A DNA stretch of 64,000 bases from Candidatus Bathyarchaeota archaeon (GCA_963832745.1 CAWHVC010000005.1:128001-192000); one strand, 5' to 3'. Shown: positions 41,380 to 52,354, numbered from the stretch's first letter. A program made the numbers and translations. The notes: generated by a model from the letters alone, not told the origin.

Positions 41380-41746
41380 TTATTTTCTTTTCTCCTTGGA
41401 AAAGCTTGAAAATGCTTTTCGCAACAAACTATTACAAAAGAAACTGTTTATAACAGGGGTTGGAAAGATGCTTCTGACGACAAAAAGAAAAAAATTATAA
41501 AATGAGCGATTGATTTTTGTTTCTTATTGAAGTCTCTTTTAGAAGTTAAAAAAAATAGTGTAAACTCGTCCTTCATATTTGATTAATATTTTACTCACGA
41601 TAGGTGAGTGAGAAATATAACTATTTTTCATTAACTTAGCCTCATCTGAAAATACATAAGCGCAAAAATTTGGAGAAATCTCCTTTTTGCCTGAATTGAC
41701 TAAAAATATTATAAACACTTAACAAAATATTTGTAACCTTGAGGGG

Positions 41747-42596
41747 ATGAGAGTTACAAGAAGATCTGGTTAAAAAACTAATTCAATTCGGTTTTACTAC
41801 TAACCAAGCCAAAGTTTATTTAAGCATAATCCAAGCAGGCGCCATTTCAGCAGGTAAGATTGCAAAAATCACAATGCTTCACCGGCAAGACATCTACAAA
41901 ATTTTGCCCAATCTAGAAAAAAAGGGTTTGATTACAAAAACAATCGGAAAACCCTTCAAAATTCAAGCAATCCCTATAGAAACAGCATTACATCAGCTTG
42001 TTTTAAAAGAAAAAGAAAAATCAAACCGTAAAATTGGAGCATTGGAATGCGATTTTAAACATCTTATTGCAGCTATTAAGGAACCTCAAAAGATTGAAGA
42101 AGACATTCGGTTTACTCTTTTAAAAACTGATGAATCAATTTTGAATACAGCTACTCAAACGATTAGGCAACTTAAAAAAGAAATAAAGGTTGCCCTAAAC
42201 GCGGAAATATTGCTTTCACCATTGGCTAGAATGATACAGGAAAATCTTGGCAGTTCTCCTGCGAAAATAAAATTGTTTGTTTTAATTCAAAATCCAGAAG
42301 ATATAGAAAAAACCCTGCAGGCTTTTGAGAAACTAAATCTTAACCAAAACCCGGTTGTAACCAAAAGCATAAGAATGAATACCTTCAAGCATCACCTCAT
42401 TTTGGACCAAAAAGAAGTCTGGATTGCAACAGAACAAAAAACTGAATCAGGCTTTCCATGCTTGCTTTGGACAAACGATAGAAACATTGTACATGTTTAT
42501 GAAGAATATTTTGAGAAGGGCTGGAACCATTCAAAAACGGTTACGCTTTACCCTAAAACTAAAAAAGGAAAAAACCAAAAACTCGTTATCGCTTAA
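41747..42596 (+). CDS. TrmB-family transcriptional regulator; ATG at 41747 is one base out of frame
   Basis: Frame is open from 41751: ELQEDLVKKLIQFGFTTNQAKVYLSIIQAGAISAGKIAKITMLHRQDIYKILPNLEKKGL (TrmB HTH). Confidence 0.85.
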
Positions 42597-42622
42597 CTCA
42601 GCTCTTTTTTCTACTTGCCATA

Positions 42623-43867
42623 TTATAACTCTTTAACTTTTGGTTCATGTACAGTGAAAAACACGAAAAGTGACAACGGAATTGCTGCTATCGCCAACAG
42701 TAAAAACGGCATTTGAGGCGCCACATAAGCGTACAGAAAACCAGCTGTAACTAATAGAAGCGCCTGTACAATGTACATAAAGAATTGCATGCATCCCGTT
42801 ACGGTGCCTCGGAGGTTTCGTGGAGTCAAGTCGCCTATTAAGACTTGGTAACTGTTAAGTTGCAGTATGTTGCCTAACCCGAACAAGAAGAAAGCCAAAA
42901 GCATAACGTAAAAATCGGCGTTAATGAAAAGCAGCATCCCCGGCGCATACAGCAGGTAACCCAGAATCAAGAAACGTTTTCTGCCAACCTTGTCCATGCT
43001 TAACCCGGCAAGTATTGAAGGTAACGCGATGCTTAGATATTGGAAGGCTAAAACAAACGCCCACTGCTCATTTGTTAACCCTAAAACGGTGGTTGCGTAA
43101 ACTACAAAATACATTTGGCAACTGACAACCAACCCGTTTACGGTGATAATTGCTAAAAACAGGTTGAAAGCGGATTTGGGCATTTTTCGCCAAACCAGAA
43201 CACTTTGTTTTACTGATTGAGGGTACGAACGAAGCAGACGCATCAAACTGGGATGGGCATCATCACCGTTTGGCGGTAGAGTCTCTTTTAGCCGCAAACG
43301 AAGGACCGCCACTGAGAAATATGCAACAAGCACGATTGTGTAGGCTACGCGCATGCCTAAATCGAAATCGAACGTTGCCACAAGGTACTGGGCGATAAGG
43401 GGACCCGGCAAAAGGACAAGACTGGTTATGGCAGATTGCAGACTAAATCCGGTGCCGCGTTTTTCAGGCGGAAGAGAATCAAAAACCATCGCCATCAAGG
43501 CCGGTCCGTAAATGGCGCAAATGTTTTGGATTATTAAGCCTATTACGATAAATTGCCAGGAAGGCGCAAAAATGAATAGCAGCGTGCTTGCGGCTAATCC
43601 GAAAGTCATCGTTGTAACTATCCAGCGTCTACCATGTTTATCAGCAAGGTACCCTCCAGGAAACTGGACAAGCGCCATAGCAATTGAGCCCGCGAAACCC
43701 ATAACTGCCAACAGAAAATCGTTAGCACCTAAATGCAGGTAGAAAAGGCTGGCGTAGGTTGCTGGTATTGGTTGGGCAGTAAACAGTATTACCCAGCTAA
43801 CCGTGATAAGCAGAAAGTTGCCTTTGAGGATGGCTGATTCCCCATGGAAAAGTCCAGACAGCTTCAT
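42623..43867 (-). CDS. MFS transporter
   Basis: Motif A GYLADKHGRR and MDKVGRKR; about 12 TM. Confidence 0.93.
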   Translation of the reverse strand: MKLSGLFHGESAILKGNFLLITVSWVILFTAQPIPATYASLFYLHLGANDFLLAVMGFAGSIAMALVQFPGGYLADKHGRRWIVTTMTFGLAASTLLFIFAPSWQFIVIGLIIQNICAIYGPALMAMVFDSLPPEKRGTGFSLQSAITSLVLLPGPLIAQYLVATFDFDLGMRVAYTIVLVAYFSVAVLRLRLKETLPPNGDDAHPSLMRLLRSYPQSVKQSVLVWRKMPKSAFNLFLAIITVNGLVVSCQMYFVVYATTVLGLTNEQWAFVLAFQYLSIALPSILAGLSMDKVGRKRFLILGYLLYAPGMLLFINADFYVMLLAFFLFGLGNILQLNSYQVLIGDLTPRNLRGTVTGCMQFFMYIVQALLLVTAGFLYAYVAPQMPFLLLAIAAIPLSLFVFFTVHEPKVKEL

Positions 43868-44274
43868 TGTGCCCCAAATTTACGTTAGGAATTATTTAAA
43901 GGAGAAGCATTAAAACGGTTGTTATAATGAAAAGGGCGGAATTGCAGAGAAACCGGTTATTGTTTCGGTTCTTCCTAATAACAGCGTCTGCAATCAAACA
44001 TTACAGGTATATAGTCTACAGCAACAGTTGCCAGAACAGTTTTAGATTTCGTTTCAGGGGCAAATAACTAGTCAGTTTTTGTCATGTAAAACTCAGGTGA
44101 TGTTCCTTTAAGCAACTGCTTTAGCTTTATCTAATAATATTTGAAGGCTATTGAATATAAAGAGGCAACTTACAAAGTTAGACTTAATTAACTCTTGTTT
44201 TTCAAAAAACGCCTCAATTTGACGTGCATTTCCTTGCACGACACCGTTAATCTTAAATCGCCCCTGCTGAGGCT

Positions 44275-45666
44275 ATGTCTTTGATTAGAAGGATGCAAAA
44301 TTCAAAGGACAGCAACTACAAACTAAAAGCGCTGAAATGGTCAGCTATAGCAATCTCGAGCGTAGTAATAGTCGAAGTCATAATCGGATTGCTCGTTAAC
44401 AGCTTAGCAGTTTTAAGCGACGGCCTGCACGCAACCTTAGATGTTATCTCGAGCGTCATGTTGTTTTTCGCTGCAAAAGCCGCACTCAAACCTCCTGATG
44501 AGGAACACACGTATGGACATGAAAAGTTTGAAGCCATAGGCGGCTTAATTGCAGGTCTAATTCTCATTGGAGTTGCCTTGCTAATCTTCTATGAAGCTGC
44601 GGTTAGGCTAATGGCAGGCGTGCAATTCAATCAAGGGTTAGAGTTTGTCGGTTTCATGGCAATCGGCTACACGCTTTGCATTGATGTTGTACGTTTAGTT
44701 ATCTTCCGTAAAGCCCAAGGCATAGAAGGCGCATCCATCAAAGCAGGCTTCTATGATGCAGTTTCCGATTTTGGTTCAACCATAATTGCCCTAATCGGCT
44801 TTGGCTTAGCAACTATCGGCTTTTATGGCAGTGACTCGTTTGCATCAATCTTCCTTGGCGCAATGCTGTGCTTCCTAAGCTTCAAACTCGTACGGTCAAG
44901 CATCAACGAACTCAGCGACACAGCATCCAGAGACATGGTACAAAAAGCCCGCCAAATCATACTGTCCTGCGCCGGCGTAGTCAGCAGCAGCAACCTCAAA
45001 GTCAGAAAAGCAGGAAGTAAAGTTTTCGTTGACGCAACCGTTCAAGTACCAAAACTAATGAGTCTTGAAGAAGCACACGCGTTAGCTTCAAAAGTTGAGC
45101 AGTGCCTGCAAGACGGGTTTGGCAACGTTGACGCTACAATTCACATTGAACCATGTGAAAAAGAAACTGAAATGAATCAACTCGTAGAGAAGTTTGCTTC
45201 AGTTGAAGGCGTTCAAGAGATTCATGAAATCTCAACTGTATACGTCGGCGGCAAACTCTTCATTACCCTGCACGCGTTTGTTGACCCAAAGCTATCTGTT
45301 GAGGAAGCTCATGCGATAACGGAAAAAATTGAGGTCAGAATGCATAAGGGCATCAGGCAGCTTGAAAACGTGACGGTGCATGTTGAACCTTTAGGTGCCA
45401 CTTTGCCTGAGAACATGATTAATGAGGAGCAGCTTCGTAAAGTTGTCACTGACGCCGCCAAAAGTATTGCGCCTAACCTGAAAATTCATCGAATCGTCAC
45501 TTATGTTTCGGGGGGCACACGGTACATTAACATTGACTGCTGTTTCATAAAATTTGTAAAAATTATTGAAGCGCACAAGATTGCTTCACAGGTTGAGAAG
45601 GAAATTAAGGAGCATTTTGCAAATGCAGTCGTGACAATTCATATTGAACCGGACTGCTCAATCTAA
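44275..45666 (+). CDS. Cation diffusion facilitator (FieF-like) with three C-terminal ZT-dimer domains
   Basis: SLAVLSDGLH and PPDEEHTYGHEKFE; three EAHxI...IH(I/V)EP repeats. Confidence 0.93.
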   Translation: MSLIRRMQNSKDSNYKLKALKWSAIAISSVVIVEVIIGLLVNSLAVLSDGLHATLDVISSVMLFFAAKAALKPPDEEHTYGHEKFEAIGGLIAGLILIGVALLIFYEAAVRLMAGVQFNQGLEFVGFMAIGYTLCIDVVRLVIFRKAQGIEGASIKAGFYDAVSDFGSTIIALIGFGLATIGFYGSDSFASIFLGAMLCFLSFKLVRSSINELSDTASRDMVQKARQIILSCAGVVSSSNLKVRKAGSKVFVDATVQVPKLMSLEEAHALASKVEQCLQDGFGNVDATIHIEPCEKETEMNQLVEKFASVEGVQEIHEISTVYVGGKLFITLHAFVDPKLSVEEAHAITEKIEVRMHKGIRQLENVTVHVEPLGATLPENMINEEQLRKVVTDAAKSIAPNLKIHRIVTYVSGGTRYINIDCCFIKFVKIIEAHKIASQVEKEIKEHFANAVVTIHIEPDCSI

Positions 45667-45693
45667 ACTTTTTTTGTTTTGCCTGATTAGTTT

Positions 45694-45927
45694 TTAGTCT
45701 TCTGCGAGAATTAATGTTAAAGTTGAGCGTACTTTGCTTAGGTTTCTAATTTTAAGGGTTATTAGGTCTTTTAGTTCATCCATTGTGTTTGCTTGAACTT
45801 TTGCGATAATGTCATAAACGCCGTAGGAAGTGTACGATTCAGATACTCCGCTTATGGCGCGCAGTTCTTTTAATGCTTCTTCTTCAGTCCCTGATTCAAC
45901 ATTGATTAAAACAAAAGCTTTAGGCAT
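45694..45927 (-). CDS. Stand-alone Lrp/AsnC ligand-binding (RAM) domain protein
   Basis: MPKAFVLINVE...YGVYDIIAKV...VRSTLTLI; start moved to 45927. Confidence 0.88.
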   Translation of the reverse strand: MPKAFVLINVESGTEEEALKELRAISGVSESYTSYGVYDIIAKVQANTMDELKDLITLKIRNLSKVRSTLTLILAED

Positions 45928-46061
45928 AAAATAAATCCTCAAATTATCTATATGATATTTGGAAATTAATATGTTATTGTTTCCAATAAACAGCGTAACG
46001 TTGGATAGGTTAACCAAAAATCTTATCTGGCAACTTGCAAATAAAGACCTTAGTGAAAAAG

Positions 46062-46403
46062 ATGGTCTATTGTTCAAAATGCGGCACTCAGAACCCCGAT
46101 ACAGCATACAACTGCTCTAACTGCGGCGCACCCTTACAAACTAGTTACGGCGCAAATCCGCAAGATTGGCAGCGTCCAAGGCACCGTCACGGACACTATC
46201 ACGACCATGACTACTCACGAAGAAACAGCGGCGTAGGACTATTAATCGCAGGCTTAATCGTTGTAACTTTAGGTTTAACACTACTTTACGGCGAATTTGG
46301 CCTATTCTTAACGTATTTCTGGCCTATAGTTCTGGTAGTTTTAGGCCTCTTGCTGCTTATACGCGGGTTAATATGGAGCCAACGACGGTACAGTAACCGC
46401 TAA
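46062..46403 (+). CDS. Zinc-ribbon membrane protein
   Basis: YCSKCG...CSNCGAPL, His-rich linker, two TM helices. Confidence 0.85.
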   Translation: MVYCSKCGTQNPDTAYNCSNCGAPLQTSYGANPQDWQRPRHRHGHYHDHDYSRRNSGVGLLIAGLIVVTLGLTLLYGEFGLFLTYFWPIVLVVLGLLLLIRGLIWSQRRYSNR

Positions 46404-46533
46404 CCATGAGCAATTCATCAGACTTGTCTGCCTCGTAAAGTTTCTTGCTTCTTATGATATTCTCCGCTGAGCACAAAAAAGGTTATATTACGTAGGCACG
46501 AAAAGGGTAGGTTATATCGGGGAATTTACAGGC

Positions 46534-48162
46534 ATGGTTAAGTACATTTTCGTTACGGGTGGTGTGTTAAGCTCCGTTGGCAAGGGCATTTTAACTTCTT
46601 CAATCGGAAAAATGTTGCAATCAAGAGGGTTAAAACCTACAGTGGTAAAGATTGACCCTTATGTTAACGTTGACGCTGGAACAATGAATCCTTACATGCA
46701 CGGAGAAGTCTTCGTCACAGATGATGGAGGCGAAACCGACTTAGACTTAGGTTGGTATGAACGTTTCCTAGATTTAAGCCTTAAACAAGATAACAATTTA
46801 ACCACAGGAACAGTCTACAAGTCAGTAATAGAGAAAGAACGTCACGGCGACTTCCTTGGGCGCTGCGTCCAAATTGTTCCTCATGTAACTAACGAGATTA
46901 AGAACCGCATTAAAAACGCCGGCAAAGCCGTAGGCGCAGACATGGTTTTAACAGAAGTCGGCGGAACAGTCGGCGACATCGAAGGCTTGCCGTTTCTTGA
47001 AGCAATCCGCCAAATGCGCATGGAAGAAGGCTACGAAAACACTCTTTACGTCCACGTTGCCCTAGTCCCAATTCTTGATGTAACTCAAGAAATGAAAACC
47101 AAACCCTTGCAACACAGTGTAAACGAGTTGCGCCGCATCGGTATTCAACCCGACATTATTGTTGCAAGAAGCCCACAAATGATTGACGCTGAAGCATTAC
47201 GCAAAATCGCCCTTTTCGGCACTATTCCTGAAAGCGCGGTTTTCTGCTCCTTTAACGCAGACTCAGTTTATCAGGTTCCATTAATTTTGGACAAACAAGG
47301 CATGGGCGACTTTATCTGTCAACGCTTAAGCTTTAACTGCATAACCAAAGATTATGGTGAATGGCAAAAGTTTGTTGACGCAATCGTAAAGCCAGAGCAT
47401 GAAGTAAAAATTGCGTTGGTAGGCAAATATGCGGGTTTAACTGACAGTTACGTAAGCATGAGTGAAGCATTAAGACATGGCGGCGGAGCATGCAAAACCA
47501 GAGTATGCATTTCATATCTGGAAGCTGAAAAATTCGAGAAGGACCCGCAATGCGTTAAAGACCTCGCCAATTTTGACGGCATCTTTGTCCCGTACGGTTT
47601 TGGTCCAAGAGGAACCGAAGGAAAAATCGCCGCTGTACAATACGCCAGAGAAAACGACATACCATTCCTCGGCATCTGCTACGGTTTCCAACTTGCAACC
47701 ATCGAGTTTGCACGAAACGTCTGCGGCTTAAAAGATGCTAACAGTACAGAAATCAATCCAGACTCACCCTACCCAGTAATTGACTTAATGCCAGAGCAAC
47801 GTGGTGTAGAATACAAAGGCGCCACAATGCGGTTGGGAACACACAAAATCTATCTGCAACAGAATACTATGGCGTTTAACCTTTACAAGCAGGAAGAAAT
47901 AATGGAACGCCACCGGCACCGTTTCGAAGTCAATTTGGATTACATGGAAATCCTTAAGAAAAACGGTTTAGTCTTCTCAGGCAAAAGCACTGACGGCAGA
48001 AGGATGGAAACCCTCGAACTACCAGACAAATACTTCTACTTTGCAACACAGTTCCACGGCGAATTCAAGAGTCGCCCCGGCAGACCATCACCGCCATACA
48101 GAGGATTCATCCAAGCCTGTATCGACCGCAAACTAGGCAAACCAAAACCAACATTCGCCTAA
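46534..48162 (+). CDS. pyrG: CTP synthase
   Basis: KYIFVTGGVLSSVGKG, GICYGFQL glutaminase Cys, ERHRHR, QFHGE. Confidence 0.98.
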   Translation: MVKYIFVTGGVLSSVGKGILTSSIGKMLQSRGLKPTVVKIDPYVNVDAGTMNPYMHGEVFVTDDGGETDLDLGWYERFLDLSLKQDNNLTTGTVYKSVIEKERHGDFLGRCVQIVPHVTNEIKNRIKNAGKAVGADMVLTEVGGTVGDIEGLPFLEAIRQMRMEEGYENTLYVHVALVPILDVTQEMKTKPLQHSVNELRRIGIQPDIIVARSPQMIDAEALRKIALFGTIPESAVFCSFNADSVYQVPLILDKQGMGDFICQRLSFNCITKDYGEWQKFVDAIVKPEHEVKIALVGKYAGLTDSYVSMSEALRHGGGACKTRVCISYLEAEKFEKDPQCVKDLANFDGIFVPYGFGPRGTEGKIAAVQYARENDIPFLGICYGFQLATIEFARNVCGLKDANSTEINPDSPYPVIDLMPEQRGVEYKGATMRLGTHKIYLQQNTMAFNLYKQEEIMERHRHRFEVNLDYMEILKKNGLVFSGKSTDGRRMETLELPDKYFYFATQFHGEFKSRPGRPSPPYRGFIQACIDRKLGKPKPTFA

Positions 48163-48992
48163 ATTTCTTTTTTACTTTTTAAGTACTTTTTTTTAACTAA
48201 CACGATAGCAACTATCAGCGTGCTTACGACAGCAACTCCTATGACCGCCAAGAGAGTTGTAAGCGGCGTTATCGGAATAGGACCCCCTTGTATGCCTGTT
48301 TGATTTAAATCAGTGCCAGTCCGTTGGTCATAAAGGGAGTAGAATAGGCCGTTTTGGAAAGTGATTGAGAACAGGGGAATCGCTGAAGGGTCTTCTGTTT
48401 GTTTCCAGCGGAGCGATGTTACATCTATTGTGGTTGTTGAATTAACGTGAATTTCTCCGTTTACCATTTCAAGTCCTGCAGGTATTCTTTCGTGAGTTAA
48501 GCTAAGTGCAATTCCTTCTGAGGTCCAGATTGTTTGATTAGTTTGAAGACTAGCCATATCTAGCAAGCTTAGCAGATTGGTTGAATTGATTTTTGTCTGG
48601 CGCGTGTGTGCTGTGAGGATTGCTTTTGAAACAGTAAAAATGTCGGTTTTTAAATTATTGACTATAGCAGAGTTGGGGTTGACTCGCATGTCTAAACTAC
48701 ATGGAACGCCTTCGCGTAGCAGGCAATTTACTGCAAGCTCATTTTCACTGGAATTTAAGGAATACAACATTTGCTCAAATGTGCCTGTTGTCCCGTTTAT
48801 TTCTTGATCTTTTATTAGAACGACCGTGTAATCAACAGAATTTATTGGAAGGACATCTTTAATGTAGTTCAAGCTCTTTTCTTGATTCTGGACGGAAGAA
48901 CAGTTAGCTTCAAAGATCACTAAAAACGAGCTAACGAATAAAATACTTATCAACAAAAAAACAGTATTTCGCAATTTTATCATCATTTGCAT
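48159..48992 (-). CDS. Hypothetical exported protein with C-terminal TM anchor
   Basis: Signal peptide, NxS/T sequons, C-terminal TM helix and KKK. Confidence 0.75.
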   Translation of the reverse strand: MQMMIKLRNTVFLLISILFVSSFLVIFEANCSSVQNQEKSLNYIKDVLPINSVDYTVVLIKDQEINGTTGTFEQMLYSLNSSENELAVNCLLREGVPCSLDMRVNPNSAIVNNLKTDIFTVSKAILTAHTRQTKINSTNLLSLLDMASLQTNQTIWTSEGIALSLTHERIPAGLEMVNGEIHVNSTTTIDVTSLRWKQTEDPSAIPLFSITFQNGLFYSLYDQRTGTDLNQTGIQGGPIPITPLTTLLAVIGVAVVSTLIVAIVLVKKKYLKSKKEI

Positions 48993-49032
48993 GAATCACT
49001 CTTAATAAAAGCCGTATTTAAATCTCCCAAAA

Positions 49033-49060
49033 GAACAGGCTGTTCCTCTTTGAGAACAGC
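49033..49060. promoter_or_regulatory. Candidate operator between divergent genes
   Basis: GAACAG-g-CTGTTC overlapping GCTGTTC-N8-GAACAGC. Confidence 0.35.
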
Positions 49061-49156
49061 ATCTTTTACAAACAGGTAAGTGCTAAGTAATACTGTACTA
49101 AAGTATAGAATTAAATGCTTCCTCTTTAAACGCTATATTGAGGAGGTTAAGCATTT

Positions 49157-49982
49157 TTGAACAGAAAAATTTCTATTGTAATAAGCCTAAATTTAATCGT
49201 TTTTTTTAACAGGGAGTCTACTGCTTTATACGGCAAATGCTTCATCTGAAGATCAACAATTTAAGAAATTGCCTAAATACCTTCAACTATACTCGGAATA
49301 TATAGCCCATGGCAATCTCACAGAATTAAACAGAATAAGACATCAAATGATTAACCAATTAGCTGATAAAGAAGCTACAATCAAATCCACTAACGGTGGC
49401 GTTTTGAATCATGCAAAAAATTCTGCAGGGGCAAACTTGAATCATATTGGAACTCTGTCTTACTATGGTACAATTTGGATGCAATCAGTCATTGATTATT
49501 CGCCAGAAATGCACAGCATTTATGGAGGAATTATAGGTCAAGTATTAAACCCTTACAATATAGAGGGGTCACCCGACAACCAAAATGCCGAAATGGATAG
49601 TTTCAATTGGAATCTAAACCCCAATGACCCCTTAGGAGGCGAAGCAATCATTTATGGAGATATGGGTCAATACTTAGAATCAGCTGCAATATACATAACT
49701 GGAAAAGCAGGTCCATATACTGGTCAAAATCCACCAGGTGCTCAATACTGGCACAATTATGTAAATGTCTGGGTCTCAGAATACTCGAATGGACCATGGA
49801 ATTGGATAGGCTATGCTGGAATTACGCAACAGACTGCTTCGGATTATTATATAGGAAATGTTTGGGATAGCTATTACCAATACATCGCCATATGCACTTG
49901 GTACCCACCACCATACCCTACCTATTGCGACCCTGACCCTGCTAGTGTCCTAGTTGATGGCGTATCCGCATGGCATTGGTAA
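49157..49982 (+). CDS. Hypothetical secreted aromatic/Gly/Asn-rich protein; signal peptide offset by a frameshift at a T8 run
   Basis: AGGAGG before TTG at 49157; removing one T at 49200-49207 gives MNRKISIVISLNLIVFLTGSLLLYTANASS in frame with ORF 49269-49982. Confidence 0.7.
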
Positions 49983-50064
49983 GCAAAGCAGTTACTGCTC
50001 CCTTTTTTATTTTAGATACTGATACATAATCATAGCACTGCTTAACGTGAACTCAACTTATTTT

Positions 50065-50652
50065 TTAAATTTTTTCAACTTTTGGCATTATTATTGTACA
50101 TCTTTTTTTTCCGTAAATGACGCATTTGTCTTCCAAGTAGAGTTTGCATACGTAGGCGGCTGTTGCAGCATCCAACTCATGGTCACTCAACCCTGAATTC
50201 AACCCAACTATTCCAATCTTTTCGAGCCCAGCCAACAACTTATCAAGCCCCTTCTGTTTACGGGGAATCCCAAACACGTCCTGAGCGCCACCTGGGTAAA
50301 CTTCCAAAACCGTAAACCCTTTCTCCTCAAAAACCTGCCGCAGCATAATGCCCCGTTTCGTGAGTTTGCGCATGGGTCCAAGGGTTAAGGGAAAAAATTT
50401 TATGCCATTCTTCATAAGTTCTCGGTCGCACGGTCTTAGATGCGGACCGTTTCGATCTTCCAGTGAGACTCGTCCAGGTGGCAGACTGAGCGGAGCATCA
50501 ATACCTATTACTTGGGGGTTGGCTTCGAGGGTTTTTTGTATTATTTCCTTGTCAGTATACAAGTCCACTGTTTGAGCGCTCATTCCATCAAGTATGCAGA
50601 AACCGGTTGGTCTTGTTTCGACGCCTGCAAGGTCTAAACCAACGACAACCAT
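50065..50652 (-). CDS. DUF429 family predicted nuclease (RNase H-like fold)
   Basis: VVGLDLAG, IGIDAPLSLP, LEVYPG, HELDA. Confidence 0.88.
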   Translation of the reverse strand: MVVVGLDLAGVETRPTGFCILDGMSAQTVDLYTDKEIIQKTLEANPQVIGIDAPLSLPPGRVSLEDRNGPHLRPCDRELMKNGIKFFPLTLGPMRKLTKRGIMLRQVFEEKGFTVLEVYPGGAQDVFGIPRKQKGLDKLLAGLEKIGIVGLNSGLSDHELDAATAAYVCKLYLEDKCVIYGKKRCTIIMPKVEKI

Positions 50653-50665
50653 AAAAGGGCAACCT

Positions 50666-50983
50666 TTAACATTTTTTGGCGAATTCATCCAACTTTTGCT
50701 GGTTTAACCCTTCGCCCGGTTTTCCGTCAAGACGCTTGGTTACTTTGCCTTTCTCAAAAAACAGAACCGTTGGAAAAACTTCAACGCTAAACATATCACA
50801 TAGTCCCAGCTTGTAATCTGCCACGACTTTTACGCATTCACGGTCTTGCATTTGCGCAAACTTGTTGAAAACTGGCAAGAACCGTTGTGAAAAGGGGCAC
50901 CAAGACTCGTAAAACAGTACAAAGGCTTGGTCTTTTGTTTCAAGCTGCTTCTTGATTTCTTCTTCGTTTTCATCATACAACAC
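50666..50983 (-). CDS. Thioredoxin-family protein (WCPFS)
   Basis: FYESWCPFS and VFPTVLFFEKGK; GGAGG upstream of GTG at 50983. Confidence 0.85.
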   Translation of the reverse strand: MLYDENEEEIKKQLETKDQAFVLFYESWCPFSQRFLPVFNKFAQMQDRECVKVVADYKLGLCDMFSVEVFPTVLFFEKGKVTKRLDGKPGEGLNQQKLDEFAKKC

Positions 50984-50996
50984 TTTTTTTAGCCTC

Positions 50997-51686
50997 CTAC
51001 TCTGGATAGTGACTACTGTCGCAAAACGGTTTATGTTGAGACTTACCACACCTGCAAAGGGTAACCCGGTTACGCACTTCGTAGGTTTTGCCTTCAACTG
51101 ACTCCACTGGCACACCACCCTGAACACGGTATGGTCCCCCGCCGCCGATTTGCGGGTCCTCAACAACAGCAACGTTTTTTTCACATTTAGGCTCAACAAT
51201 TTCGCCTTTCGCTTTATCATACAGAATTAAGCGCCCAGAAGGGCAATCACAGGCTTCCTCAACCGCGACACTTTTAGAACTGGGCTTATCTGATTCTGGC
51301 ACAAGCTTCCAAATGCCGCCAGCACGGTGACAAAAACGTGCTGAAGCACAAAGGTCTTCAACATCATGCATTTTTAATGTTGGACCATCGAACTCTTTAG
51401 CACGTTTTAATACGGGTTCGTTGGTGGCTGTTTCAGTGCCGTCAAATCCAACTTTAACGTGGGTTCCGTCGCAGAAAGGTTTATTTTTAGATTGCCCGCA
51501 ACGGCAGAGTGTATAGGTTTCTTTTTGTGGAAGATTGCGGCCTTCTTTCCATTCAAGCGCTGTTCCCTCGTCATCGGCGAATATGATTTTTTCTGAAAGT
51601 GGCAAACCGCCTTGAACAACGTATGGACCGTTTTTTGTAACTTTTATTTTGCATTTAGAAGTATCGGCATTTTTTGTGTCTGCCAT
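50997..51686 (-). CDS. CDGSH iron-sulfur domain protein (two CDGSH-type domains)
   Basis: LCRCGQSKNKPFCDGTH and LCRCGKSQHKPFCDSSH, with a central Cys-containing domain. Confidence 0.92.
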   Translation of the reverse strand: MADTKNADTSKCKIKVTKNGPYVVQGGLPLSEKIIFADDEGTALEWKEGRNLPQKETYTLCRCGQSKNKPFCDGTHVKVGFDGTETATNEPVLKRAKEFDGPTLKMHDVEDLCASARFCHRAGGIWKLVPESDKPSSKSVAVEEACDCPSGRLILYDKAKGEIVEPKCEKNVAVVEDPQIGGGGPYRVQGGVPVESVEGKTYEVRNRVTLCRCGKSQHKPFCDSSHYPE

Positions 51687-51745
51687 ATCTAAAGGGTCAT
51701 TCTCGTTTTTATTGAACATATCGGTTCAGAAAACTCGGTAACTTA

Positions 51746-51795
51746 CCAACCTATCTGTAGCCTAATAGAAACTATATGCAGAAACCTATATGGGG
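51746..51795 (-). repeat. Dispersed non-coding repeat, copy C (core)
   Basis: Reverse complement CCCCATATAGGTTTCTGCATA...GATAGGTTGG is collinear and equally spaced with copy A. Confidence 0.7.
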
Positions 51796-51894
51796 ATGGC
51801 CAGTTTAATCGGAAATAACGCCAAAAACATGTTTAACCCAGTTATTACTTGAAAAAGATTAAAACCACAAAATATAACTGAATCACTTAGCTTA

Positions 51895-52353
51895 TTGTTT
51901 TTTAGGGTTTTTATTTTGGCTTCTTATGACAAAGCTGTTTTAAAGAATCTTATGCTCTACCTCAAGACGAAGTCGTTGACTTCAGAAAATATTTACAAGC
52001 AATCCACTAAAGAGGTAGATGACATGTTTATGGATTTAATGGGCGTATTCCAAAGGTACTATGATAGTGCTCCTGAAGCTGACAAACAAACGCTCCGCAG
52101 CATGCTGGACTTGATTATTCTGATTTCTCAACAAGTCCACACTTCTCATAGGCAGGCGGAAAGCGCGATGGGTGACTTCAAAATCTACATAACTGCACTT
52201 GAAGGCTCCTACAAAAATGTGGATGCTGATTTTGAAAAAAACATTGCTCAACCAGCCGAACGCGAAGCTGAAGAGAAAGAAAAAGAAGAAGAAGAACGCG
52301 CCAAAGAAATAGAAGAATACGCCAAACGAGCACGACCAAAATTCTACGAGTAG
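51895..52353 (+). CDS. Hypothetical helical protein with charged C-terminus
   Basis: 152-aa ORF; start uncertain; no recognised family. Confidence 0.65.
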   Translation: MFFRVFILASYDKAVLKNLMLYLKTKSLTSENIYKQSTKEVDDMFMDLMGVFQRYYDSAPEADKQTLRSMLDLIILISQQVHTSHRQAESAMGDFKIYITALEGSYKNVDADFEKNIAQPAEREAEEKEKEEEERAKEIEEYAKRARPKFYE

Positions 52354-52354
52354 G

